Assembly (NCBI GenBank): GCA_963792965.1
Contig: CAWBYW010000011.1
Span: 94,944-158,943, forward strand
Source of the DNA: an uncultured delta proteobacterium
GTDB lineage: Bacteria > Desulfobacterota > Zymogenia > Zymogenales > Zymogenaceae
DNA: 64,000 nt
Direction of reading: 5' to 3'
The position numbers were made by a program, and so were the translations under genes. This document shows positions 1 through 11,539 of this stretch, in pieces; within the stretch, counting starts at the first letter, position 1; each line of letters opens with the position of its first letter. Below the pieces are notes generated by a model that made no database searches, was not told the origin of the DNA, and saw only the letters and a program-made list of their open reading frames with translations.

Positions 1-677
1 GCTTGCCCGATCGGGTATACGGGTAATCCTCGGTGCCCACGCGCACGTGATCTCCCTGCAGGACGGCGGCCGCCAGTATCTTCATCTGGTCCTCATGCAT
101 GATGCTCACCACAGCCGCGCAGCCCTCGGGGAGGAGCCTTCTCCGGTAGAGGTATTCCTCCACGGTGGGAGGCGACCAGGTGCCCCCCGGCCAGCCGAAA
201 AAGAGCGTGGTGATATAGGGCGGCCGAAGCAGCTTCTTGTTGATGAGATAGTTCAGGTTCCATACGGACCCCGCGTGCCATACCTCGAACTCGGGCGCGA
301 CGCCGTATTTCGCGCAGAGCTTCGCATATTTCTCGAGCTCCTGCCGCGAGTGGAGCTTGAGGCAGTCAAGCTCGGCGAAGGCCTCGTCGTGGTGGTTCAG
401 GATGATGGAGATCATGTCCGATTTTTCCCTGAAGACGTCCATGCGCTCTTCAATCTCGAGGCTGGACATCCCGCTCTGGACGATGATCTCGCACGATGCG
501 CGAACCGCGCGGATCACCTCGATCCACTGCCCCTCGGCGTGGGTGTGGAGCACCGCGGCGCCGTGCTCCATGCAGCGTCTGGCCTCCATGGCGATCGCTG
601 TCCGGCGTGGTTGGATAGTCGATTTGGGGGTGCAGCCAGCATGTGTTGGGCGTGGCGACGATGATGAGAGGGTCCAT
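1..677 (-). CDS. Beta-keto acid cleavage enzyme (BKACE/Kce, DUF849 family), 3'-truncated by window edge; one frameshift near 600
   Basis: N-terminus MDPLIIVATPN...PTTP; after the frame change the minus strand reads IAMEARRCMEHGAAVLHTH...PEFEVWHAG...GDHVRVGTED, matching BKACE HxH and GxHxRVGxED motifs. Confidence 0.85.
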
Positions 678-736
678 TGATCTATCTCCCTGTAGCGTGT
701 TTCAGCAGCCGTGGCATCAGAGGCTCGATTATATGC

Positions 737-1844
737 TTATCGAGCGTCGTGATCTTGCGGCACCCCGACTCGCGTGACTACATAGCAGTCCTCCACGCCG
801 ATAAGCATCTTGCCGAAAGACTCCCACGCCTCGATTTCGAATACCATGTTTTGTTCAAAGGGGCGGTCCATCACCTGCAGGGGGCCGAAAAGGTGCTGCT
901 CCTCGCATTCCAGCCCGATGCTGTGCCCGATGGCAAAGGTCATTCCGTCCGGCTTCTTCGTTTTATAGAAAGCGGTGGCCTCCGCGTTGAGCTGCTTGAT
1001 ATTCACCCCGGGCTTGACGCGCTTTTCGTAATATTCCTGCAGCAGGATAAGCCGGTCGATAATCTCCGCCGCCTCTTTCGGAACGGGACCCAAAACGACA
1101 TGACGGTTGACATCGGCCACATATCCCTTATATACCGCGCCGAAATCGAAACGGGCGATGTCGCCCTTCTTTAAGACTGTCCCGATGCCGGGGGCCTCAG
1201 GGTCGGATTCGCCGATGCTCAGCGTCAGATGGTCCCATACCTCGGCGCCTTCCTCGATCATGGTTTTTCGCGCCAGCATCAGGAAATCGTTATCGGTCAT
1301 GCCCTCTTTGAGTGGCATTGATGCAGGCCGTGATGGCCTTCTCCGTGATCTGCGTGGCTTTTTCGATGCGCCGGATCTCCTCTTCGCTCTTGATCAGTCG
1401 CATCTCCAGCAGGACCTCATCGGCCGTTACGATTTCGGAGGCGGGACTTTTGCCGAGCAAGATAGATCGAGCAGGTATTTCGGGGCAAAAGATTCCACGC
1501 CGATACGCTTTCCTTCCATTCCCCATTTCTTTATCTTGGCCGCTATCGCCCGGACGGTCTCTTTCTGCCCGATAGTCCCCTTGTGATCGGCTATCCAGGA
1601 GAACTTATCCACGCTCTGAAAGAGGTCCCAGTTAAACAGGGCCGAGTCGCCGTCACGGTTGATCATCGCCACGTTGGGATATTGATTACTCAAGCGCAAA
1701 AAGGATCGGGTTCGGGCTGGCGTGCAGCGTCGGCATGCCGCTGGTGTAAAAAACATTGACGGGAGTGGTCACGATCATGAGATCCAGGTTGTGCTTATCG
1801 AGCATTTCCTGCATCCGTTTGCGGTTAAAACCGATCGGTTTCAT
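737..1844 (-). CDS. M24-family (Xaa-Pro peptidase/creatinase fold) metallohydrolase, split by several frameshifts
   Basis: ORF pieces 1686-1940, 1427-1756, 1290-1526 and 737-1318 join into a creatinase-N domain (NVFYTSG), RLIKSEEEI and metal ligands FD..G..AD, GHSIG, EIE, GVED; ATG at 1844 with GGAGGTG RBS; true 3' end uncertain. Confidence 0.8.
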
Positions 1845-1849
1845 ACGTT

Positions 1850-3521
<1,672 letters not shown>

Positions 3522-3633
3522 GGTTAGGTGTACCTCCGTGCTTTTTGTATCCTGTGCGATAGAGAGACATTTCGCTCACACCGTACCGGGTAGGTATCCA
3601 CTCACGCGCCTCCTCGCCGGGCCGCCCGTTCTC

Positions 3634-4761
3634 TCATACCGAGATGATGTCGGCGGCACGTGTGTTGAGACGCACCGTTTCCCTGTCGGTTATGAGAAAG
3701 GTCTCCTCATCGCCGATCTCGACCCCTTCCTCATAGTTCGTGTAGAGCTCGATGTTGATGACCATCCCGGGCCGTAAGGTCAGGTCGGTCGTGCCATATA
3801 CCCAGACTTCTTCCGTCTGGAGGCCGATTGAATGGCCGACGTTGATGATAAAGGGCGGGAGATCGTTCTTTTTGTAGAGCTCAAGGACCCGGTCATGCAG
3901 CTCTTTGGCGGTCACGCCGGGAACCAGTGATTTTCCTATTTCGGTGACGATATCGCACATGATGGAGTGAAGCTTGGCCAGACGCGCCGGCACAACACCG
4001 GTGTAAACGTGTCTGCGTATATCCGATAGGTAGCCATAGTAGCTTGCCCCGAGGTCGAGCGCCACGAGCCTGTTCTTTCCCAGGCTCTCCTCTACGGACA
4101 CCTCGGGATTGGAGGTGCCGAATGAGATGGTCACGTGGCCGATCCCGGTGGCTCCGTTCTTGATCATTCGGTGCTTGGCCTCACCGATGAGCTCGGGGCG
4201 GCTGATACCGGGCCGGATGATCTCTATGAGCTGGCTGATCGTCGCCTCCGCAACGGCGGTGCTCTTCCTCATCATCTCTATTTCTTCGGCGGACTTGATG
4301 AGCCTGAGCGACTGGATGATATCGTCAATCACGACGGGGTCCTTCAGCCCGGCGCCGGACTGGATGAGCCGGGTGGCGAAATAGGGACAGTCGGATTCTA
4401 TGCCAATCGTTTTCCCACCGAGATCACGCGCCGCGAGGAAGTTCTTCAAGGACTCAATGCTTCCCGTGCGGTCGATATACATTTCAACGTGGTCGACGGC
4501 ATACTCAACGCCCCCGAGCACGGCGCCGATCCACGCGAAAAGCGTTACGCGCCCGTCGGCCTCGATGAACGAGAAGAAGGGCAGTTGATTTTTCAGTGCG
4601 TAGAGTATGGGGTTCCCGGCGCCGGGTATGCAGGGGTATCCGGTTGTGTAGAATACGTTTTCCGGAGTGGAAAAGAGCACCGCGTCGATCCCTCTTTCTT
4701 TCATGAGACGCATGAGCCCTGATTTATCGAACCCGAGAGACTGAAATTTTACGGGTGTCAT
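3634..4761 (-). CDS. M24-family (Xaa-Pro peptidase/creatinase fold) metallohydrolase, paralog of 737-1844
   Basis: Intact ORF; ENVFYTTGY, RLIKSAEEI, LDLGASYYGYLSDIRR, GHSIGL, NIE, GDEET; GGAGG RBS before ATG 4761. Confidence 0.9.
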   Translation of the reverse strand: MTPVKFQSLGFDKSGLMRLMKERGIDAVLFSTPENVFYTTGYPCIPGAGNPILYALKNQLPFFSFIEADGRVTLFAWIGAVLGGVEYAVDHVEMYIDRTGSIESLKNFLAARDLGGKTIGIESDCPYFATRLIQSGAGLKDPVVIDDIIQSLRLIKSAEEIEMMRKSTAVAEATISQLIEIIRPGISRPELIGEAKHRMIKNGATGIGHVTISFGTSNPEVSVEESLGKNRLVALDLGASYYGYLSDIRRHVYTGVVPARLAKLHSIMCDIVTEIGKSLVPGVTAKELHDRVLELYKKNDLPPFIINVGHSIGLQTEEVWVYGTTDLTLRPGMVINIELYTNYEEGVEIGDEETFLITDRETVRLNTRAADIISV

Positions 4762-5284
4762 CGCGCCTCCTCCGGAACGAACGCGGTTTCGCAAGGCTAA
4801 ATGGCAAATTGGTATTACCAATATACTTACAACGTCGCTCGCACCCCTGTCAAGTTAAAACCTCTCTTTAAGGGCGGGAAGAAGCAAAAAAGAGAGATCC
4901 GAAGGCCGTTTGCGGGCCCGGCTTCCCGTCATAGGCATGGTAGCTGTTAAAAATGTAAAAAACTACCGACTGAAGTAACAAAAAAGGTAACTTTTTTATC
5001 ACATGTGCTGTTTTTGTACTATAATACTATTGAGAATTTTCTTTTCAGGCACCTTCAGAAGGCTTCAACGAGGGAGCCCGCCGATCAATATGAGTCCAGA
5101 GGTGGCAAAAAAGGTCGGCTCGCGATGGGCTGCCTTCGGAAGTCGATCGGGCCGTTACGTCGGGAAGAGAGACCGACCGGCCCGGAGGAAACGCGGGTGC
5201 CCAGACAGATGAGACTACCGATCGAATGAGCTATTTTTATGGTCTCGTGGCTTGTCTGAGAGTTTAAAATGACAATGGGAGGTC

Positions 5285-5695
5285 ATGATGAACAGAAAGA
5301 CAATCCGAGAAATTCTGAAGCTCCACTTACCCGGATGGGGTGTATGGACGGTCTTTTGCTTCATTTCGCTCGTTTTCTTTGCCGAGCTTTACTTCTTTAC
5401 GTCCTATAATTACGAGCTGGTAGATGGGGCATACAAGGGGACGGTGATCACGAGGGTCGTCATCCAGAAGCAGGAAGAGCTCATCAAAACCCAGTGCGAC
5501 TATATCGACCAACTGAAGTCCGTCAATAAGGTACTGGCGGAACGCCTCGTGGCCGCCGAGGACGAGAATGCCGACTTGAAAAACGACATCGTGGTGACGT
5601 TCGGTCCGTTTGCCGAAAGCCTCGGATACCATATCGTCTTCCTCGGAGGACGGGCGTTCGTCCGAAAGGACGACGGGACGGTCGGGTTCAAGTAG
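5285..5695 (+). CDS. Hypothetical protein with one N-terminal TM helix and a coiled coil
   Basis: GGGAGG RBS; hydrophobic stretch WGVWTVFCFISLVFFAELYFF; heptad segment LKSVNKVLAERLVAAEDENADLKN. Confidence 0.6.
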   Translation: MMNRKTIREILKLHLPGWGVWTVFCFISLVFFAELYFFTSYNYELVDGAYKGTVITRVVIQKQEELIKTQCDYIDQLKSVNKVLAERLVAAEDENADLKNDIVVTFGPFAESLGYHIVFLGGRAFVRKDDGTVGFK

Positions 5696-5894
5696 ATCAC
5701 CCGCGTCCCGACATAAGCGATTCTGAACGGTCGTGAGGGTGAAGCCAGGACGGTATCCTGAGACGGAACTCGACAGGTCCGCCGAAGGGCTGATCACATA
5801 TCTCTTTTTGGGATGCCGGCGTATTCTCCGGATTTTTCTAATGATTCGCCTTACGTGAATGTCCCCGAGTTCGGAACCGCCCTCGACGGCACGT

Positions 5895-7130
5895 TTATTT
5901 TGCGCCGCAGCACTTCTTATATTTCAGGCCGCTCCCGCAGGGACATGGATCGTTTCGTCCGGCCGTGCCGCGCAAGATTCGGGCTTGCTCCTGGGTCTCC
6001 TGCTTTTTTCGCCACTCCAATACCAATTGCCTGATCTGGTCGTCGGCGTGACCGAAGAAGATCTTATAGGCGTCGCAGAGGTGATTGACCCTTGGGTCCG
6101 TCGGGTTATGGACGCGGTCTTTTGTGCATCCGCCTCGACAGACGGAGAGGTAGCCGCATTCTCTGCACGACGCATCAATATCCGATTTCAGCTTCCCGAA
6201 CTCGATCTGCCGGGGCGAATTGAGCATCGCCGTGAGGCTGTCGCTCGTGATGTTGCCGAGCCTCCAGCGCGGCTCGACGAAGAAATCGCATGAATAGACG
6301 TCTCCGTTATGTTCCACCACGACGTATGAGCCACATTCCTTGTCCAGCGTGCACTCCGGCGCCGGGAACCCGGCATAGGCAAACAGAAGCGACTCGAAAA
6401 ACCTCACGGAGGTCGTGGGGACCCCATCAATAAAATCCCTTCGCCACAGGTCGAATATCTTGCAGAGAAATGCGCCGTATTCATCTGCGGAAACCGAAAA
6501 CGGCGCAGCGGTCTCGGGATTTTCGGGATCGATCTCGACGCAGGGGATAAACTGCATGAACGTAAGTCCGAGGCCCTTGTGAGACTCGTAGATCTCCTCG
6601 GGGAAACGGACCGAGTAATCATTAACGACCGTCAGGGCGTTGACGGACACCCCCGCGTCGAGCATAAGCCTGGCGCTGTCGGTAACGTGTGACCATGAGC
6701 CCCGGTCACCTGTGATGCGGCGGTAGTGGTCGTGGACATGCTCAGGTCCATCGATGGAGAGCCCGATGAGGAACTGGTATTGGGCGAAAAGCCGCGCCCA
6801 TTTCCCGTCGATGAGGATACCGTTGGTCTGAAGTCCGTTGCCGACGACCTTCGTATGCCCGTACCGTTTTTCACACTCGACCGCTTTTTCGAAGAAAGCC
6901 ACTCCCATGAGCGTGGGCTCTCCACCCTGCCAGCCGATCGATACCTGCGCGCCCGATTGATCCATGAGCTGACGTATCATCTCGTCCAGCACCGCCTCGC
7001 TCATCCGGTGGGTCTTTGTTCCGCCGAAGAGGGAGCGCTTGCCGCTGTAGAAACAGTAGGCGCACGCCATATTACAGTCGGGTCCCGCCGGTTTTACGAG
7101 GATATCCCGTAGAATCCTTCTTGCCGCCAT
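5895..7130 (-). CDS. Anaerobic sulfatase-maturating radical SAM/SPASM enzyme (anSME) with C-terminal SEC-C motif
   Basis: KPAGPDCNMACAYCFY (CX3CX2C), WQGGEPTL, LQTNG, SPASM cysteines (YSCD, CRECGYLSVCRGGC), GRNDPCPCGSGLKYKKCCG; immediately follows the sulfatase. Confidence 0.95.
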   Translation of the reverse strand: MAARRILRDILVKPAGPDCNMACAYCFYSGKRSLFGGTKTHRMSEAVLDEMIRQLMDQSGAQVSIGWQGGEPTLMGVAFFEKAVECEKRYGHTKVVGNGLQTNGILIDGKWARLFAQYQFLIGLSIDGPEHVHDHYRRITGDRGSWSHVTDSARLMLDAGVSVNALTVVNDYSVRFPEEIYESHKGLGLTFMQFIPCVEIDPENPETAAPFSVSADEYGAFLCKIFDLWRRDFIDGVPTTSVRFFESLLFAYAGFPAPECTLDKECGSYVVVEHNGDVYSCDFFVEPRWRLGNITSDSLTAMLNSPRQIEFGKLKSDIDASCRECGYLSVCRGGCTKDRVHNPTDPRVNHLCDAYKIFFGHADDQIRQLVLEWRKKQETQEQARILRGTAGRNDPCPCGSGLKYKKCCGAK

Positions 7131-7131
7131 A

Positions 7132-8694
7132 CTACTTCTTTGTCCATCCCCCCGGGTTCTTTTCTATTGATTTCTCCCATTGGGTCATCACGGCATCGAG
7201 CTTCTTACAGACGTCGGGGTACCGCGAGGCGAGATCGTAGTTTTCTCCCACATCGGTCTCGAGATTATAGAGGTTCGGCCATACCCCGAGGAAGTCCCCT
7301 CCCGAGCGCTTACCGAGGAAGGTGGTCGGTTTGTCCATCGGTATGGGCCATGTGTAGTGGTTAATGTACCTGAAGTATTTCCAGTCACCCGCCCGCACTC
7401 CCTCCAGCTGTTCGTGGTGATAGAAGAAGAACGCATCGTGGGGTGATTTCTTGTCATTACCCGTCAGGAGACCGGCGATGCTCTTGCCGTCGATGATCCT
7501 GTCCGTCGGGAGCTCGAGCCCCGCCAGCGCCAGCAGCGTGGGGAAGTGGTCGATATTCATCGTCGGCTCGCTACAGACGGCGCCCGGCTTTATATGACCC
7601 GGCCACCTGACGATCAGCGGCACCCGGAATCCCCCTTCGTAGCTCTGCCCCTTCCTCCCCCGGAATGCGTCGCCGGGATTGCCGTTATACCAGGGGCCGT
7701 TGTCACTGGTGAATATTACGACGGTGTTTTGCTCAAGCCCGTTTTCCTTCAGATATCTCAGTATCTTGCCAATGTTGGAGTCAAGCTCTTCCACGACGTC
7801 TCCGTAGATGCCCGCCCGCGACTTATCCTTGAACTCTTTGGTCGCATAAAGGGGCAGGTGCGGTGCGTGGTAGGCCATGTAAAGGAAGAACGGCTGCTTG
7901 CCTTTCGACCTCTCAATAAAGCCTATCGCCTCCTTCGTGGAAAGGGAGCTCAGCCGCGCCTGATTGAGGCCGATGTCTTTTTCGAGCATCGTCTCGTTTC
8001 GATAGAGCGGATTGGGAAGCTCATCGTTCGTCATGGGCGTGCCGAAAAACTCGTCAAATCCGTGTCTCATCGGGTGATACTGCGGGTCCACGCTGAAGTC
8101 TCCGAGGTGCCACTTGCCGATCATTCCGGTCCTGTAGCCCGCTACCTTCAGCGCGTCTGCAATCGTGATCTCGGATCGGGGTATGCCGTCCACCGAGCTT
8201 CCCCGGGAAAGGTCCAGCGCGCCGAGCCTGCCCATCGCTCGGCCCGTTTTTATGAAGATCCTCTTGATAAAGGGGGTCCCGCCTGACTGCAGGGGAAAGG
8301 TGAGTCCCGTCCGTATCGCATATCTTCCGGTCAAGAGGCCGATCCGGGACGGCGTGCATAGGGAGGCCGACGCGTATGAGTCGGTAAACCGAATGCCCGC
8401 CCGAGCAAGTGAATCGATGTTAGGAGTCCTCACGGTCCTGTCACCGTAGCAGCCGGGATCACCGTATCCGAGGTCGTCGCAGAGTATCAAAACGATGTTC
8501 GGGGGCGTGCCTGTGAATTCCTTGTTTCTTATGATAGGTATTATCCGGGGCGCGTCCGAGGCGTGGGCGGGCCCAACCCCAACGCCGTCGAGAACACCGG
8601 GAAACCGGTGCAACGCGGTGTAGCCCAACGCCGCGGCCCCGAGAGCGACACCCGTTTTCAACATCGTCCTTCTGTCTACCGTCTTTTCTCCCAT
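7132..8694 (-). CDS. Cys-type arylsulfatase-family sulfatase with Tat signal
   Basis: DRRTMLK twin-arginine leader, PNIVLILCDDLG, CTPSR formylglycine motif, GKWHLG, FTSDNG. Confidence 0.95.
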   Translation of the reverse strand: MGEKTVDRRTMLKTGVALGAAALGYTALHRFPGVLDGVGVGPAHASDAPRIIPIIRNKEFTGTPPNIVLILCDDLGYGDPGCYGDRTVRTPNIDSLARAGIRFTDSYASASLCTPSRIGLLTGRYAIRTGLTFPLQSGGTPFIKRIFIKTGRAMGRLGALDLSRGSSVDGIPRSEITIADALKVAGYRTGMIGKWHLGDFSVDPQYHPMRHGFDEFFGTPMTNDELPNPLYRNETMLEKDIGLNQARLSSLSTKEAIGFIERSKGKQPFFLYMAYHAPHLPLYATKEFKDKSRAGIYGDVVEELDSNIGKILRYLKENGLEQNTVVIFTSDNGPWYNGNPGDAFRGRKGQSYEGGFRVPLIVRWPGHIKPGAVCSEPTMNIDHFPTLLALAGLELPTDRIIDGKSIAGLLTGNDKKSPHDAFFFYHHEQLEGVRAGDWKYFRYINHYTWPIPMDKPTTFLGKRSGGDFLGVWPNLYNLETDVGENYDLASRYPDVCKKLDAVMTQWEKSIEKNPGGWTKK

Positions 8695-8946
8695 CGTCGT
8701 GCTCCTGACTGATACCCAAGAAAGATGCCCTATTGCCGATGTCTCTCATGATACGCCCTTTGCGTGGAGGCTGCCATAAGACATCGGAGACCACCGTGGC
8801 CCATATTATATACCGTATTTTTCTGTTCGTGAAGGATTCTTTGGAGGACGAAGTTTTAGGCGCCCACATCGAGAGACGTCTTATCGGTAAGATACGGTAA
8901 GAGGGTTCTCCGCGGGGGATGGTGCGATAACCGGTTCAATCGATGA

Positions 8947-9534
8947 TTACGGACGCTCCTCGATCTCAAATAAACAGGTATCGTCGCCGAGGGCCTTGCA
9001 CTTAGTTTCTTTGACGATATAGATTCCCTTTCCAAAGGTCCAATCGGTAAGGAACGAGAGCGCCCCCGCGTACTGGGAACAATAGGGCTTCTTGCTGGTA
9101 ATTCCGTCGCACATCAGGCAATCAAAGACGTCGAACTTCGGCATTCCCTCACCATCCGAAACGGCCTTCCCCTTATTGACAGCGATGCGAAGAAACTCGA
9201 AGCATTTCGTGATTTTCTCGTGGGGGCGAAGGTCGGCAAGATGGTTAAGGACCCCGAATTTTAAGACAGATGTCTCTGTATTCTTATAGCCGATCTGCCT
9301 TAGGATCCCCTGGGCGCCCACGGCTCCGACAAGGTTGACGACCTCAACAAAGAGCGAAAGCTGCTCCGCGTTCGTGAAATTCTTATCCCATGTGTACTCC
9401 GGCGGAGACTCGATAACGCGAATTAGCCCCACATTTCTGAAGATCATGTCTCGTGCCCAGGTACCCAGGATTTCGTCAACCGAATCGTATATGGCTCTGA
9501 TCGCGATGTTTGTTACTGTCTTTTCAGCTTCCAT
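8947..9534 (-). CDS. Stand-alone V4R (4-vinyl reductase) domain protein
   Basis: DCLMC...KPYC...VKETKCKALGDDTCLFEI; N-terminal helical part aligns with the 39-40 kb V4R proteins; GAGGTGG RBS before ATG 9534. Confidence 0.85.
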   Translation of the reverse strand: MEAEKTVTNIAIRAIYDSVDEILGTWARDMIFRNVGLIRVIESPPEYTWDKNFTNAEQLSLFVEVVNLVGAVGAQGILRQIGYKNTETSVLKFGVLNHLADLRPHEKITKCFEFLRIAVNKGKAVSDGEGMPKFDVFDCLMCDGITSKKPYCSQYAGALSFLTDWTFGKGIYIVKETKCKALGDDTCLFEIEERP

Positions 9535-9580
9535 TAGTATAGCCACCTCTTCAGGTGAGTTTAGACGAAACAGAATACCC

Positions 9581-10480
9581 CTATTGATCGGGACGTAGGG
9601 GTATGGCATCCAATTCCTTCCACTCCGATTCTAATTTATTCCAATCCAGGGATTGGACCCCGATGTCTTTCTGTTTTATGAAAAAGGCGCAACATTCATC
9701 TCCCTTTGCAAGGCATTTTACCTCCCTGGACTCAGTCGACTTTCCGGTAAGGTTATAGGAAAGACTCTCACCGATGCCTTCAAGATAGCTTTGAAGTATT
9801 ATGCAGATCGGTCTTGACGAAGAAACGCCGTCCATTTCATAGGCGTTCCAGCATTTCAGGAAGAATATATAATTTTGGTCTTTTGCCTTTTTGGTAACGG
9901 TCCGCGACTTGCCCCAACCATACAACGGGAATACGTACGACAGAACCTGGTCCATCGAAGCCATTGCACTATCAAGCTCGTGCCAGCCGTAGTCAATACA
10001 GGCCTTATTCCCGACCGCCATTCCTCCCTTTTTCGATACCCTCCGAAGTATTGCATTGGCGCCATTTTCAGTCAGGACGTCGACCATGACCTCCTTCAGT
10101 TTCTGTAGATAGAGTATTGTTTCAATCTCAAACAGAGTATTACCGTAGGCCGTCATTTCTCGCGACCTTCCATCATAAGTAAAAACGCTGGGGATATTAC
10201 TTTCGCTCAACGAGATGGGAAGGATTTCAGCATCGTTCAATTTATATAAAGATTCGATGAGCGCTCTTTCTCTGAGATCGTTGGGTGCCTGTAGTCGTGA
10301 CAGTAGAGCCCTTAATAGTATTGTAAGGGTATCCTTCCCCGCCACCATTTCTATCTCATCGAAGAATGCCTGCAGAAAGCCCTTTCTAAAAAGCACAATT
10401 CTTTCTTTTTTCCCTTGGCAAACAAGGTTAATATCGCCTTTTCCATGTCCCCATTCGATTACCTTTTCATCTTTCGCCAT
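9581..10480 (-). CDS. V4R domain protein with extended XylR-N-like N-terminus
   Basis: YGWG, NAYE, RPIC..LQSYLEG, SREVKCLAKGDECCAF; GAGGAGG RBS. Confidence 0.8.
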   Translation of the reverse strand: MAKDEKVIEWGHGKGDINLVCQGKKERIVLFRKGFLQAFFDEIEMVAGKDTLTILLRALLSRLQAPNDLRERALIESLYKLNDAEILPISLSESNIPSVFTYDGRSREMTAYGNTLFEIETILYLQKLKEVMVDVLTENGANAILRRVSKKGGMAVGNKACIDYGWHELDSAMASMDQVLSYVFPLYGWGKSRTVTKKAKDQNYIFFLKCWNAYEMDGVSSSRPICIILQSYLEGIGESLSYNLTGKSTESREVKCLAKGDECCAFFIKQKDIGVQSLDWNKLESEWKELDAIPLRPDQ

Positions 10481-11138
10481 ATTGAACCTCCTCATATTCC
10501 GAGGGGCATATCATTTTCAAGGCACTCCAAAAACTCCCATATTACAAATTATCATATTTAAATAGCGAATACAAGGTGTAGCAATGAAGCAGACGACCCC
10601 CCAAGAAACACGACTTTGACCTCACCTCCGGAAACAAGGCTGAGTTATGGGCGGGTTTAGGAAGATAGTTGGCCAAAAAAGAGAGCATTTCTCAAACAGC
10701 TATACCTAAATCGTTTCCGCCGAAACGCGTCGGCATACTCCTCCTGGATATCCTTGGCGGTATATTTCAGATGGTGCCCTGCGCTCCTAATAGCGGAATA
10801 CCCCGGTAGTTGTTCAGACTTCGCGAGACTGTTGGTGCTGTTGTGAAAGCGGGGGCGAAGAAACGTCTGAGTATGTGCGGACTGACGTTAAGGCCAACGG
10901 ACTTCTTACAAATCTATTTAAAATTGACTCAACTTTTTTCACATGGCCAACTGACTACATTTATACAGGTCGCGACGTATATAAACAATATCATATGTTC
11001 CTGAAGTCCCCTTAGATTCCCTGTGATTCTCTACGATTCATTCTATATTTCATCTGTATCAGAAACGTCATGCAACGGTGGAAAAAAGGGAGTCGGGACG
11101 CTCTCGATATTCTTGTCGATGATCATAGGGATCTCCCG

Positions 11139-11513
11139 CTAAGAAAGGAGTTTCTTTATCTCGGCCAGGAATTCGGTGTCTTTAAACGTCGATTTGTCAT
11201 AATGGAGGTTGATACCGATTTCCTTTGCGTACCGGAAGAATTCGGGTTCCTTGTAGACACCGGTCAACAAAACGATAGGAATTGTCTTGCCGGAAGGGAG
11301 GGCGCGGATTTGCTTGGCGAGCTCAAATCCGTTCACCACCGGGAGAAGGCCGTCGAAGATTATCAGGTCGGGCTTGAACTCCTCGAAAGCTTTCATGACC
11401 TCATCGCCTCGGGAAAGCCCGAGGGTCTCGTAACCCGTCGCCTTAAGCTTGAAGAGGAGCAGTTTCTGGAATATCGCGTCGTCTTCCGCCACAAGGATCT
11501 TCTTTGCCGTCAT
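11139..11513 (-). CDS. Single-domain response regulator (receiver)
   Basis: KKILVAEDD, PDLIIFDGLLP..NG, IPIVLLT, YDK. Confidence 0.9.
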   Translation of the reverse strand: MTAKKILVAEDDAIFQKLLLFKLKATGYETLGLSRGDEVMKAFEEFKPDLIIFDGLLPVVNGFELAKQIRALPSGKTIPIVLLTGVYKEPEFFRYAKEIGINLHYDKSTFKDTEFLAEIKKLLS

Positions 11514-11539
11514 AAAAATCACCTATCAGTCACTATCGG

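Noticed and set aside
10617-10900. Second IS3-like end (TGACCTCACCTCCGGAAA) in the gap between the receiver and V4R genes
   Set aside because: No convincing partner inverted repeat or transposase-like translation found by eye
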